64,000 nt of DNA from an uncultured Methanosarcinales archaeon (GCA_964647565.1 CAZYIM010000001.1:40328-104327), one strand, 5' to 3'; shown: positions 1 to 10,596, counted from the first letter of the stretch. Made by a program: numbers and translations. Notes: generated by a model from the sequence alone, not told the origin.

Positions 1-2
1 CC

Positions 3-239
3 CCTGCGGTTTTTGCAAAAGTATTCTCACCTCAAAGAATGCACCTGATCCTTAAGGTAAGTAAGAACAACATCCAGAACATCTATCAGATCGCAAAAGA
101 TCTAAATCGGAAATACGCAGCAGTGCACAGGGATATCTCATATCTGAAAAGCATAGGTATTCTCAAACTCAGGAAGAAGAACAAAAAGGTTATCCCTTAC
201 ATTGCAGAAAATATCATGATGCCAAAGATACCCGCCTAA
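3..239 (+). CDS. HTH transcriptional regulator/antitoxin (HVO_A0114-like), 5'-truncated by the window edge
   Basis: Frame is open from nt 3 (PAVFAKVFSPQRMHLIL...). HTH pattern NIYQIAKDLNRKYAAVHRDISYLKSIGIL. Confidence 0.6.
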   Translation, partial: PAVFAKVFSPQRMHLILKVSKNNIQNIYQIAKDLNRKYAAVHRDISYLKSIGILKLRKKNKKVIPYIAENIMMPKIPA

Positions 240-305
240 GATATCCAAGATATTTCCGGTTTTTCTCCAGAGAGATTTATTAAGCAATCCTTCCAAAATC
301 AATAG

Positions 306-1508
306 ATGTTTTGGCAGATTTTGCTCGCAATAACCCTTGGTGTGACTTCAGGGATTCTTACAGGCCTGATTCCAGGCATCCATGTAAACCTGGTCTCTTT
401 GATAGCTTTATCTCTTTCACCATTGCTTCTGCAGTTTGTCTCTCCAGTCACTATTGCTGTCTTTATCATCTGCCTGGCAGTGACTCATTCGTTTCTTGAT
501 TCGATTCCTTCAATATATTTAGGTGCTCCAGATGAAGCCCAGGCATTGTCTGTGTTACCAGGTCATCGGATGCTATTAGAAGGCAGGGGCTATGACGCAC
601 TCAAACTCACTCTTGTTGGAAGTTTCTTTTCTTTATTGCTTTGTTTGGTACTTGTGCCCCTGTTTCTCCCGCTTGTTGAACTCGTCTATCCGATCATCAA
701 GAATTTCATCGGCTATATATTGATAGCTGTCATGGCTTACCTGATCTTAAAGGACAACAAGAGAAAATATAACTTCCTGGTTTTTGCATTGAGCGGCTGC
801 CTCGGCTTTGTTGTTCTGAACATCCCTAATGTTGATAATGTTCTCTTCCCTCTGCTATCCGGCTTGTTTGGTTTTTCAGTCTTGATAACCAGCATCATGC
901 AAAACTCCAGGATCCCAAAGCAAGAAATCTCCAAGAAAACAGATATTGAAAGAAAGACCATTGCCAAGGCAGTCGCAGGCGCAACCACTGTCGGCTTCAT
1001 CGCTTCTTTCCTTCCTGGTTTTGGCTCCAGCCAGGCAGCTATCATAGCAACACAAGTTCTAAGAAACATCGGCAACAATGGCTTTTTAATTCTAGTCGGA
1101 GGCATTAATACTGTCAACTTCACCTTGAGCTTGATCACATTATATATAATAGACAAAGCAAGGAATGGAGCTGTTGTGGCTATTTCACAAATTGTTGATA
1201 AAACCACACTGACAGAACTAAGCATTTACTTTTCTGGCGCACTTATCGCAGGCAGTATTGCGGTCTTTTTAGCCCTATCCATTGCCAAGATATTCTCAAA
1301 AATGATCTCAAAGGTCAACTACAAAGTCCTTGTTCTCTCAATCATAGGATTCACAATAATATTGGTATTTTATTTCAGCGGAGGGCTTGGCCTTGCCATT
1401 TTAATTACAGCCACAGCCCTTGGCTTCTTTGCAGGCTTGTTAGGCGTTGGCAAGAACCACTGTCTAGGTTGTCTGATTGTGCCCGTTATCTGTTATTTTG
1501 TATTATAG
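306..1508 (+). CDS. Tripartite tricarboxylate transporter TctA-family permease (archaeal type)
   Basis: G.LTGLIPGIHVN motif, FLDSIPSIYLGAP and LPGHRMLLEGRG; many TM helices. Confidence 0.85.
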   Translation: MFWQILLAITLGVTSGILTGLIPGIHVNLVSLIALSLSPLLLQFVSPVTIAVFIICLAVTHSFLDSIPSIYLGAPDEAQALSVLPGHRMLLEGRGYDALKLTLVGSFFSLLLCLVLVPLFLPLVELVYPIIKNFIGYILIAVMAYLILKDNKRKYNFLVFALSGCLGFVVLNIPNVDNVLFPLLSGLFGFSVLITSIMQNSRIPKQEISKKTDIERKTIAKAVAGATTVGFIASFLPGFGSSQAAIIATQVLRNIGNNGFLILVGGINTVNFTLSLITLYIIDKARNGAVVAISQIVDKTTLTELSIYFSGALIAGSIAVFLALSIAKIFSKMISKVNYKVLVLSIIGFTIILVFYFSGGLGLAILITATALGFFAGLLGVGKNHCLGCLIVPVICYFVL

Positions 1509-1523
1509 AAAGCTTTAAATATG

Positions 1524-1579
1524 TGTGGTGACTAACTTAAGAAAAATAGAGAAAATTTTTTATTTGTGGTGACTAACTT
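1524..1579 (+). repeat. 15-bp direct repeat TGTGGTGACTAACTT (1524-1538 and 1565-1579) at the Fic promoter/start
   Basis: Exact repeat read from the sequence. The first copy follows TTTAAATA (1514-1521); the second overlaps the GTG start. Confidence 0.8.
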
Positions 1580-2456
1580 GGTCTTTGTAAGAAAGAAAAA
1601 TATCAAGGGAAGGGAGTATTATTATCTTGTTAAATCTACAAGGCAGGGTAAAAAATGGAAGAAGATAGAGAGATATGTGGGTATTAATCCTCCTTCTGAA
1701 AAAGACATAAACTGTTTCAATCAAGAAATTGATAGTGTTAAGAAATTCCTTGACTCAAAAAAAGAGACTTTGCTAAATATCGAGAGAAAATATCAGGCAT
1801 GGTTAAAATCTGCAAAAACAGATCAGCTGCATAATTATGAAGATGAGATAATCATAAGGTTCACGTATGATACCAGCCGGATTGAGGGATTAAGCTTGAC
1901 TTACAAGGATACCCGTCTCCTGCTCCAACAAGGCATAACCCCTTCCCAAAAGCCAATAAGAGACATAAAAGAGACTGAAAACCACAAGAAAGCATTCTTG
2001 TTCATAAAAGAATGCCTAGGAAAAACAATCACTAAAGATTTCATATTTGAACTGCACAGGCTGCTAAAAGAGGGAGTGTCAGAAGATGCAGGGAGTTTCA
2101 GGAACGCTAATGTAATTGTGGGCGATTTGATTCCAATAAAACCTTCTTTAATAGAGCAAGAGATCAACAATCTTCTTGTCTGGCTGCAAAAGAACAAGAA
2201 CTTGCATCCCCTAGAAAAGGCAGCTATATTTCACAGCATCTTTGAGAGGATACATCCTTTTTTTGATGGCAACGGAAGAGTGGGTCGATTGCTGTTGAAC
2301 TTCATCATGCTAAAGAACAACTTTCCGATAATCATTGTTCAGAACAAAAACAAGAGAAGATACTACACTGCATTAAGAAGGGCTGATCAAGGCAACTATC
2401 TTTTCATGGTTAAGTATCTTTTTTCTGAATTAATAAGGCAGCCTTATTTAAATTAG
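1566..2456 (+). CDS. Fic family protein
   Basis: Canonical Fic motif HPFFDGNGRVGR; N-terminal basic KKNIKGREYYYL domain seen in archaeal Fic proteins. Confidence 0.92.
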   Translation: MVTNLVFVRKKNIKGREYYYLVKSTRQGKKWKKIERYVGINPPSEKDINCFNQEIDSVKKFLDSKKETLLNIERKYQAWLKSAKTDQLHNYEDEIIIRFTYDTSRIEGLSLTYKDTRLLLQQGITPSQKPIRDIKETENHKKAFLFIKECLGKTITKDFIFELHRLLKEGVSEDAGSFRNANVIVGDLIPIKPSLIEQEINNLLVWLQKNKNLHPLEKAAIFHSIFERIHPFFDGNGRVGRLLLNFIMLKNNFPIIIVQNKNKRRYYTALRRADQGNYLFMVKYLFSELIRQPYLN

Positions 2457-2541
2457 AATCAAACCACCTAAAAAAATAAGCGGAATTTTAATGTTTTTAA
2501 AACACAAAATATTATAAGCACTTTCCAAACTCTAAAAGTTC

Positions 2542-4626
2542 ATGAGCAGCGAACTAGACTACATCGGAATATTAAAAGCATTAAGAGACATACCTTTTGG
2601 TGTTGGAAAAAAACTGTTAATAGAATATCTTCAAGGAAAAGACAGCCATGAATCCATAGTTAGAAACAAGCTGGACAAACTAGACTCTTTTGGCAGCCTG
2701 GCATATGATACTGATGAACTTGAAAAGTTGATAAATAATCTGATCTTAAATAGTCTGATTAAGCAAGTGTCAATCAGGGGCAATCGTTTCTGGAAAGTGA
2801 TGGAACTCAGCCGAGAAGGGAGCAAGGAAATAGATAATCCTCAACTATATAAAAAAAAGATATCCTATAACATAAAAACAAAGACAACAAAAATCACTGA
2901 TCAGGATAAAAAGCGGTTCACAGCATTTGGCGTATTCCTTGATAAGTACAACGACGAACAAAAGAAAGCTATAATCTGCAACAACAATCACATCCTATGC
3001 ATTGCAGGCGCAGGATCCGGCAAGACAACAGTTTTGGCAAAGAAAGTTGAGTTCCTGATAAACTATCAATCAATCGATCCAAAAAAGATACTAGCGATCA
3101 CTTTCACAAGAAAAGCCAAACAGGAAATGCAGCGGCGTCTAGAAAACTTTAGTGACGTATCGATTGAGACTTTCAATTCATTCTGTGAAAAAGTCTTAAA
3201 GACGTACAATGATATGGTATATGATCGCGAGGTTCGCATGATAAGTTATCGGGATAAGATACAGATGACCCGCAAGGCTTTAACCAAGCTTGGCACAAGC
3301 ATGAGTTCTGCAATCAACCAGTATTTTTCAGTCGGCCAAAGAAGAGGCAAGACTCAGGAACAGTTGGCGAACATTTTCATGAATGACTGCTTTTTTATAC
3401 GTGATTATCTAAAATCAAAAGGGAAAAACTCAGCAGAATTTGATACGAGCGATCCTGCAGCACAACTGGTTTTTGGCGTAGGCAACTATATAGATGCACA
3501 CATGAAAAGAAACGGCCAGAGGGATTTCACTGACCAACTCATCGATACAATCAGGTTATTTAAAGAAAAGAAGGAATTAATATCAGATTATGATTATGTA
3601 TTAATCGACGAATACCAGGATATCAACCCTTCACAGATAAGCCTAATCGAATTAATAAATCCTGCAGCGTTATTCTGCGTCGGCGATCCGAGACAGTCCA
3701 TTTTTGGGTGGCGGGGATCAAGCATAAAATATATCCTTGATTTTGAGACCAAGTATCCAGGATCAGAGACAATAACATTAACCAAGAACTATCGTTCAAA
3801 CAAGCACATAGTTGAGATGATAAATAAATCAATTACCGAGATGGGCCTCGCAGATCTTGAATCGACCATAGATACAGAAAAAGACATGCACCTTATGACT
3901 TTTGATTCAGAAGCTGGCGAATTTGAATTTGTTACCCAGAAGATCATAGCTTCAACATTACCAAGAGAAGAAATATTTGTTCTTGCAAGAACCAACAGGC
4001 AGCTGGCAGAATTATCAGCCAAACTAAAGACTGTTGGCATAAAACATGTCCTAAAGAGTGATGAGATAAACAGGAGCATCGAGGCCAAAACAGGAGAAGT
4101 GACATTAGCTACGATCCATGCCATAAAAGGCCTTGAAGCAGAGATGGTCTTTGTAATCGGCTGCACATCTCTAAATTTTCCCTGCAGAGGAAGTGAGCAT
4201 CCAGTGATTGACATGGTAAAAGTGGATGAATATGATAAAGAGGAGGAAGAAAAAAGACTTTTTTATGTCGCTATGAGTCGGGCGAAAAATCATCTATTCC
4301 TGACGTATTCAGGAAAAAAGCACACTCATTTTATCACCAAAGACATGCTTGAGTTGATAAGAAAATCCAAGATTGATATTGAGCCTATGCAAAGTTCAAA
4401 AACAGCAGCCAGGGGAGATCTTAACGACAGGTTAAGGGCCTGGCGAAAGCGTGTTAGCTCAGACATGAATGTTGCAGCATTCATGATACTGCATGACAGG
4501 ACACTAATAGATCTTGCACAAAACCCGCCCACAACTAAACAAGAGCTGGAGAATATCCATGGAATGGGTCCTGCCAAGATTCTGAAGTACGGCGATGAAC
4601 TGATTGATGTGATAAATAATAAGTGA
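2542..4626 (+). CDS. UvrD/Rep-family SF1 helicase with N-terminal RQC-like winged helix and C-terminal HRDC domain
   Basis: GAGSGKT, DEYQD, VGDPRQSIFGWRG, LTKNYRS, TIHAIKGLE, EEKRLFYVAMSRAK. N-term PFGVGKKLLIEYLQG...FGSL is RQC-like. C-term RLRAWRKRVS...AFMILHDRTLIDLA...IHGMGPAKILKYG is HRDC. Confidence 0.88.
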   Translation: MSSELDYIGILKALRDIPFGVGKKLLIEYLQGKDSHESIVRNKLDKLDSFGSLAYDTDELEKLINNLILNSLIKQVSIRGNRFWKVMELSREGSKEIDNPQLYKKKISYNIKTKTTKITDQDKKRFTAFGVFLDKYNDEQKKAIICNNNHILCIAGAGSGKTTVLAKKVEFLINYQSIDPKKILAITFTRKAKQEMQRRLENFSDVSIETFNSFCEKVLKTYNDMVYDREVRMISYRDKIQMTRKALTKLGTSMSSAINQYFSVGQRRGKTQEQLANIFMNDCFFIRDYLKSKGKNSAEFDTSDPAAQLVFGVGNYIDAHMKRNGQRDFTDQLIDTIRLFKEKKELISDYDYVLIDEYQDINPSQISLIELINPAALFCVGDPRQSIFGWRGSSIKYILDFETKYPGSETITLTKNYRSNKHIVEMINKSITEMGLADLESTIDTEKDMHLMTFDSEAGEFEFVTQKIIASTLPREEIFVLARTNRQLAELSAKLKTVGIKHVLKSDEINRSIEAKTGEVTLATIHAIKGLEAEMVFVIGCTSLNFPCRGSEHPVIDMVKVDEYDKEEEEKRLFYVAMSRAKNHLFLTYSGKKHTHFITKDMLELIRKSKIDIEPMQSSKTAARGDLNDRLRAWRKRVSSDMNVAAFMILHDRTLIDLAQNPPTTKQELENIHGMGPAKILKYGDELIDVINNK

Positions 4627-4658
4627 ATCTACACAAGAGATGATCATTTAATTAATCC

Positions 4659-5354
4659 CTAACTCTGCTTAAGAATATTGAATATACCCGGATTTTCTAT
4701 TGCTGCTCTGCCTATCATTGCACCTCGCACCCCAATAGATTTCAGATATTGTATCTGCTCATTGTTATTGATATCGCCGTTTGCAATGATGATCTTACCA
4801 GTCTTGACAATCTCGTTGTAGACACTAAAGTCTGCAGGATCATCGTAGCTCTCTTTACCATGTCTTGCATGGATTACAAAGAACTCCGCATCCACTTCAT
4901 TTATCAGGTTAAGATAGGTTTTCTTTTCTTTTTCAAACTGGTTCATGCCCAGTCTTAACTTTATAGATACAGGATAGTCATGATCTTGAATTGTCTGGAC
5001 CATTTCCTGGACTCTGCGTATTCTTTTGATCAAAGCGCAGCCCAGGCCTCTTTGGACCATGTTCATGCTTGGGCAGCCTAAGTTCAGATTAAATCCTAAG
5101 AATCCTTCCTGCGATCTAAAATTCTGCAGAAACTTATCAAGGTCTTTGACACTGGATCCTATCAGCTGGATGTAAGTCGGAATCGGTTTAGGAATCTTTA
5201 TCTTCTCTATTGTGCTTTTATTATTTCTGGCTAGTGCAGATATCCTTGCCATTTCAGTGAATGTTGAATCAGCCCCGTTTTGGTAGCACAGCTCCCTGAA
5301 TTCTGGACCTGTATGGTCTTCCATCGGTGCTACCATCAGTTCGAAGTCTTTCAT
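4659..5354 (-). CDS. dus: tRNA-dihydrouridine synthase family protein
   Basis: VAPMED, QLIGS, NLNLGCP, SIKLRLG, IHARH, IANGDI, MIGRAA motifs. Confidence 0.9.
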   Translation of the reverse strand: MKDFELMVAPMEDHTGPEFRELCYQNGADSTFTEMARISALARNNKSTIEKIKIPKPIPTYIQLIGSSVKDLDKFLQNFRSQEGFLGFNLNLGCPSMNMVQRGLGCALIKRIRRVQEMVQTIQDHDYPVSIKLRLGMNQFEKEKKTYLNLINEVDAEFFVIHARHGKESYDDPADFSVYNEIVKTGKIIIANGDINNNEQIQYLKSIGVRGAMIGRAAIENPGIFNILKQS

Positions 5355-5398
5355 CAGAAATGTTAGTGAGAAGTGATTTAAAAAATATATGAATTCAT

Positions 5399-8110
5399 CT
5401 ATTCAAGCCTGCCCAGAACATCGCCGAGCTTGTCGAAGTTCTCACCAAAGGCAGTCCAGTTATTGCCCATCGATTCAATGATCATGTCATAGTATTCCTG
5501 GGCCTGAGCAATCAACTCTTGGTTGGTCTGCGATTCTGTTCCAGCCTCGACTGGCTTTGGGGTGGGCTTCTTTTTTCCAAACAGAACCTCAAGAGCAATG
5601 TCAAGATTCTCTTCCATCACAACCCTCTCGCCGTCAGAGACAAGCACTCTCTTCAGTTCAGGAAGCTGTCCGGTCTCTGCCTGGATATACAGGGGTTCTA
5701 TATATAGGAGACTGTTTTTTATGGGTATGACCAAGAGGTTCCCTCTTGTGATCCTTGAACCTTGCTGCGACCAAAGTGTCAACTGCTGTGAAATTTCAGA
5801 ATCCTGGTCAAACTTGGCCTCTATTTGCAGAGGACCGTAAACAAGCTTATCTTTTGGAAATTTATAGAGCAGGAGCTTGCCATAGTTCTCATTATCTGAT
5901 CTTGCAGCCATCCAGGCTATCATGTTATCTTTCCTGATAGGCGTAAATGAGCTCATCAGCACAAACTCCTCTTCATTTTCCCCAGGCAGCTTGATTATTA
6001 TATAATAGGGATCAACCTTCACCTTCTGTCCAGTCCCGTATGTCTCAAATGGGATCTGCCAGGCATCCTCTTTATTGTAGAACACAGTAACATCATTCAT
6101 GTGATATGTGCTGTAGATATCTGCCTGCACCTTAAAGAGATCTTCAGGATATCTTATATGCTGTTTCAAGCCCTCAGGCATCATATCAAATGACTTGAAC
6201 TGTTTGGGAAATATCCGGGAATACGTCACAAGCAGAGGATCATCGATATCAACAACATAATATGTGACATCACCATCATAAGCATCTACAACTATTTTTA
6301 AAGAGTTTCTCATATAGTTGATCCGTCCGAATTTCTGTGAATAAGGAAAATTGCCTGTTACAGTATAGGCATCCTGGATCCAGAATAGTTTTCCATTGTC
6401 TATCACCAGGTAAGGATCATGATCTAAAATCAAGAAAGGTGTTATCTTGGATATTCTTTCCTGAATCTGCCTGTCAAAGAGTATTCTGCTCTCAGCATTC
6501 ACATCTGATGAAAGCAGTATCTTTATGTCACTAAACCTTATTGCCATAAACAACTTCTTAAAGAATGAGTTGAGCAAAATGCCACCTGCCCCGTCATATT
6601 GGATATATTCGTTAGAGTTTCCTTTTGGATAGTCAAATTCTTCTGTGCCTGTATTTGCCAATATGAACTCATTGTCATTCTCCCCATAATAAATCTGCGG
6701 CTTATCAATCCTTATTGTCTCTTCATCCACATTATATATAGGAGGTATATCCTTTATCAGGTAATTAGGCAAGCCCTGTTTGGTCACTGAATTCACCGGA
6801 CTCATCACAACGCCATAGCCATGAGTGTAGATCATATGCAGGTTTACCCAGGTCTTGGCATTCTCAGCTATCTGCTTTTGGTTCATCTCTCTTGGTGCAA
6901 GCATGACCTCTGTGTACTTGCCATCGATTTCATACCTGTCAATGTCTATTCCTGACAAGTCATAGTACAATCTTATCTCCTGGGTTTGCTTATAGGTCTG
7001 CATTAGAGGTCTCCAGTCCAGTATCCTCACATTCTCCATTGTTTCAGAAGCGTTCTCAATGGCTGATAGCGTTACCATCTCCACTGAAAAGTCTTTTTCC
7101 TCAACATCAGAAAGGCCATAGGCTATCCTGGTAAATTTGATGTTGTTCTCAATGTAAGGCTTCTCAAGGTTTATCTCGTTGGGCGAGACAACAAGATTCT
7201 GGATAATTCCAGTAAGAATGCCGGGCACTATCAGAAATGCAATAAAATATATTACAACAGCAATCGCCAGGATATGTCTTTTCCTAAGTTTTTGCCGTTT
7301 TGAAATTATAAAGATCCAGATATAGAATAATGCTGCCATAAATATGGCCAGGACCATCAATACTTTAACAAGAGGTAAAAATGCCATTACGTCTGTATAG
7401 CCTGCACCTACAACAATGCCTTTTTCAGAGTACATTATCGAGAACCTCTCAAGATAATGCTTAATCGCGAGCAGGATAAAGAAGAATGATGCCAATACAG
7501 AAAGATGTACAAGCGCTTTTTGCTTTAATTGTTGAAAAACTGTCTTGAAGCTCTTGCCCGCAGACATATCTGGTGTGAACATCTGTACTTTTGGCTGCTT
7601 GATGGAATCTACAATGAAAGACTGCAGGTAATCGATAAGCACAACTATTATTGTCAAGACAACGCAGGCCAGTGCAAAGTCCCAGACTGCAAGCATGAAT
7701 GGAAGAGAGAAAATATAGAAAGACACCTCTTTTAGGAATATAGGATCTGTAAGATTAAAAGGAACCTGGTGAAAGTATTGCAGCACTGTAAACCATTTCT
7801 GGCTACTGCTCATTCCAACAAATAATGCCAAAACCAAGCTGACCAAGAGTTTTATCTTAAATGCGATGATAGATTTATTTAATCTGGTTGATATTGCAAG
7901 GTTGACAAGCATAAATACTAGGAATATGATAACTGATATGAAAAATAGCAAAATCTTGGTCTCTAAGGTAATCATAAATATCTTCTTAAAACCCAAGGCA
8001 TCAAACCAGAAGTAATCAGTCACAAAAGTAGCTATCCTTGAGATTGACATGAAGAAAAGAATTATCAAGGCAATTATTATTGCATATATACCGTTCTTAG
8101 ATTTAGGCAT
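5399..8110 (-). CDS. UPF0182 family membrane protein (start moved to MPKSKNG at 8110)
   Basis: TDYFWFDALG, DPIFLKEVSFYIFSLP, EKPYIENNIKFTRIAYGL, HMIYTHGYG, NYMRNSLK and GNLLVIP are typical of UPF0182. Confidence 0.88.
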   Translation of the reverse strand: MPKSKNGIYAIIIALIILFFMSISRIATFVTDYFWFDALGFKKIFMITLETKILLFFISVIIFLVFMLVNLAISTRLNKSIIAFKIKLLVSLVLALFVGMSSSQKWFTVLQYFHQVPFNLTDPIFLKEVSFYIFSLPFMLAVWDFALACVVLTIIVVLIDYLQSFIVDSIKQPKVQMFTPDMSAGKSFKTVFQQLKQKALVHLSVLASFFFILLAIKHYLERFSIMYSEKGIVVGAGYTDVMAFLPLVKVLMVLAIFMAALFYIWIFIISKRQKLRKRHILAIAVVIYFIAFLIVPGILTGIIQNLVVSPNEINLEKPYIENNIKFTRIAYGLSDVEEKDFSVEMVTLSAIENASETMENVRILDWRPLMQTYKQTQEIRLYYDLSGIDIDRYEIDGKYTEVMLAPREMNQKQIAENAKTWVNLHMIYTHGYGVVMSPVNSVTKQGLPNYLIKDIPPIYNVDEETIRIDKPQIYYGENDNEFILANTGTEEFDYPKGNSNEYIQYDGAGGILLNSFFKKLFMAIRFSDIKILLSSDVNAESRILFDRQIQERISKITPFLILDHDPYLVIDNGKLFWIQDAYTVTGNFPYSQKFGRINYMRNSLKIVVDAYDGDVTYYVVDIDDPLLVTYSRIFPKQFKSFDMMPEGLKQHIRYPEDLFKVQADIYSTYHMNDVTVFYNKEDAWQIPFETYGTGQKVKVDPYYIIIKLPGENEEEFVLMSSFTPIRKDNMIAWMAARSDNENYGKLLLYKFPKDKLVYGPLQIEAKFDQDSEISQQLTLWSQQGSRITRGNLLVIPIKNSLLYIEPLYIQAETGQLPELKRVLVSDGERVVMEENLDIALEVLFGKKKPTPKPVEAGTESQTNQELIAQAQEYYDMIIESMGNNWTAFGENFDKLGDVLGRLE

Positions 8111-8224
8111 ACAGAAGCTAATACAATATGCTATAAAAATGTTGTGAAAACTCGCATATCTTGTCTGCCATTTATTCCTTAAATCAAAAACTATATAAAA
8201 CAGCATTTTAAAAAATATAATAAT

Positions 8225-8707
8225 ATGCATGGATTAGCTCATTTATTGTTTGCAGTCAACATCTGCCTTTTGATCTCGTTGTTCTATCCTTTGCAATTGC
8301 ATAACATCCTGCTCGCTTCAGTCATATTTTCACTTTGCATTGACATGGATCATTGGTTCTCTGAAAAGAGACAAAGATCTAACGATCATCTCAAGACCTG
8401 GATTCAGGAGCCATTCGGCTTAGTTTTTGTTGCTCTGCCGATTGCACTTATACTTTGGTACTTTCTGAGTGTTGAATGGTTCATACTTACGCTAGTCACT
8501 TATGGATCGCACATATTGCTGGATTATCTCTCAAAAAATGAGAGCTCTCCGCTTGCACCGTTTAATAAGAAGGCTTTCAAAAGAGCTGATAGCTGCTTCT
8601 TCATACCAATAGGCGATGAGCATAAGTTCAAGAAAGGCATCCATGAGAATGTCCTCAATGGATTTCTTATTTTGATATTCATCTTTCTTATTCTTATCAA
8701 GTTCTGA
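8225..8707 (+). CDS. Membrane-bound metal-dependent hydrolase (YdjM-like)
   Basis: H..AH, DMDH and GSHILLD metal motifs within TM segments. Confidence 0.65.
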   Translation: MHGLAHLLFAVNICLLISLFYPLQLHNILLASVIFSLCIDMDHWFSEKRQRSNDHLKTWIQEPFGLVFVALPIALILWYFLSVEWFILTLVTYGSHILLDYLSKNESSPLAPFNKKAFKRADSCFFIPIGDEHKFKKGIHENVLNGFLILIFIFLILIKF

Positions 8708-8776
8708 ATTGTTTGACAATTGTCCAGTAGTGACTTTCAGAAAAATTTATTAAGGTTTTAAATTTCCTGATTTTTA

Positions 8777-9643
8777 ATGAACGCAATGGATATAGTTCAA
8801 TCTTTAGAAGGTGAAAAGCGCACCAAAAGAAGAGAGATAATAGTTGGCCAATTGGAAACAATGGATGTCACATATAAAGCCAATAATTTCGGCTTTGGAC
8901 AAAATATTATTGTATCTTCAGGAAAAGAATATAAAATCGGTATCGGATGCCACTATGATGCTGTGCCAGGAAGTCCAGGTGCTAATGACAATGCATCTTC
9001 TGTTGCAGCCACACTTTCACTTATTGAACGGTTTGAAAAAGAGCCGACCAAGAACATCGGAATAAGGTACTTCTTCTTTGATATGGAAGAATCCGGATTA
9101 ATTGGTTCTCATACATATCTTCTCACCCATAAGATCAATAAACTCATCGGATTATATAACATGGAGATGGTAGGCGACGGCAATAGACTGGCACTCTGGC
9201 AATTGAAGGATCAGACTACCAGTTATCTGGCTTCATCCCTGGAGTCTGTGGCCCAAGAGATGGGAATTGGCATAGGGCGTTTTGATAATATTGCTAATAT
9301 AGCTGACTCCGAGCCTTTTGTCATGGCAGGAGGAATGAAGGAAGCATTCACCATCACAGCCATCAATGATGAAGACCTGCCCTATGTTGACGAATACTAC
9401 CAAGCTTATGAAAAGGGCGCATCATTTTTAGAACTTTCAGAGTTACTGCTTAAGGTACCAATGATGAGACACTATCACAAATCTTCTGATAAGTCAGAGT
9501 ATCTTAGGGAAGAATCATTACAGATGACAACAGACGCAGTATTCAATGCTGTCAAAAGGCTTGATGATCAGTGGAAAATACCAGGTTTTCAAGAGAAAGT
9601 CATGGCCAACAGACGCCGTACTCTTTCTAAGCAAAAAACATAA
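8777..9643 (+). CDS. M28 family metallopeptidase
   Basis: CHYDAV, GANDNASS, FDMEESGLIGS, NMEMVG and YHKSSDK zinc-ligand motifs. Confidence 0.85.
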   Translation: MNAMDIVQSLEGEKRTKRREIIVGQLETMDVTYKANNFGFGQNIIVSSGKEYKIGIGCHYDAVPGSPGANDNASSVAATLSLIERFEKEPTKNIGIRYFFFDMEESGLIGSHTYLLTHKINKLIGLYNMEMVGDGNRLALWQLKDQTTSYLASSLESVAQEMGIGIGRFDNIANIADSEPFVMAGGMKEAFTITAINDEDLPYVDEYYQAYEKGASFLELSELLLKVPMMRHYHKSSDKSEYLREESLQMTTDAVFNAVKRLDDQWKIPGFQEKVMANRRRTLSKQKT

Positions 9644-9668
9644 AAACACTTGAAACAAGAAATTTCGC

Positions 9669-10382
9669 ATGGACATAAAAAAGAGTTATCTCATCAACAT
9701 ACTGGTAATCTTCCTTGTTTTTGCGTCAGGCCTTATAAGATTCTGGTTTAAGGCGAGAGATGTAGAATTGAGCATTGGTTCTAACATCGCACCCTTATTT
9801 GGCGGAGGTATTTTTGTAATCATTTTGGTTACTGCGTTCGGATTCTCATATTACAGGAGTAAGAAGGGAAACAAGATCTTTTCTGATTTTGCAATGAGAT
9901 ATGGTCTTAAGCACATTCCGCATTCCACCTTTGGCACAAGAGGTTCGATCTCCGGAAGATACAGGGGATTTTCAGTGGTCATGAGCAATATCACCAAAGG
10001 GTATGGAAAAAGCCGAAAGCAACTATTCTGTATTTCCTTTGGTAATCTCGGATTGCCTACCTATAAGGAGTTTTTAGCGGTTCCAAAATGGCTGAAGAGC
10101 TATTTCACTACATCATCCGCATCTAAGGAGGTCACTAGGGATAATCAGCAAATTGATAAGAAATACAGTCTTACTGCTGATGACCCATCATTATTGAAGA
10201 AGATTCTTGATGACGTCACCATGATAAGACTCATTGAAAACAAATGGCTGTTGGAACTTAAGACCTGCAGCATCAATGTGGTAAAAGAGGGTTATATCAA
10301 GAATGTCTCAGAGATGGAAGAGATCTTCAGGTTTGGCTTGAAGCTGGCTGAAAGATTGAGGGATAGTGTGAATTATAGGTGA
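9669..10382 (+). CDS. Hypothetical membrane protein
   Basis: Two N-terminal TM segments plus a soluble domain; no family recognised. Confidence 0.7.
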   Translation: MDIKKSYLINILVIFLVFASGLIRFWFKARDVELSIGSNIAPLFGGGIFVIILVTAFGFSYYRSKKGNKIFSDFAMRYGLKHIPHSTFGTRGSISGRYRGFSVVMSNITKGYGKSRKQLFCISFGNLGLPTYKEFLAVPKWLKSYFTTSSASKEVTRDNQQIDKKYSLTADDPSLLKKILDDVTMIRLIENKWLLELKTCSINVVKEGYIKNVSEMEEIFRFGLKLAERLRDSVNYR

Positions 10383-10385
10383 AAA

Positions 10386-10595
10386 ATGAGAACTTTTGTG
10401 AAAGTGTGCCCAAAATGTGGAAGTGTTAATATAGCCAATCAAGGCATCAGGATTCTTTTAGAATATTGTAAGGACTGCGGATATGGAATCAAAGATGGCC
10501 AATGCAATCAAGTAATTTTTCCTGAGATAGATTTCAATAAACTGGACAGATTTAGGGAAGAACTAAAAAAGCAAAAAGAAAAAAAGCCGGGCTAA
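10386..10595 (+). CDS. Small zinc-ribbon protein
   Basis: CPKCGS and CKDCGY pairs. Confidence 0.65.
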   Translation: MRTFVKVCPKCGSVNIANQGIRILLEYCKDCGYGIKDGQCNQVIFPEIDFNKLDRFREELKKQKEKKPG

Positions 10596-10596
10596 T

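Noticed and set aside
8111-8230. N-terminal 40 aa of the 943-aa ORF call
   Set aside because: It runs through the AT-rich divergent promoter; the UPF0182-like sequence begins at MPKSKNG (8110).
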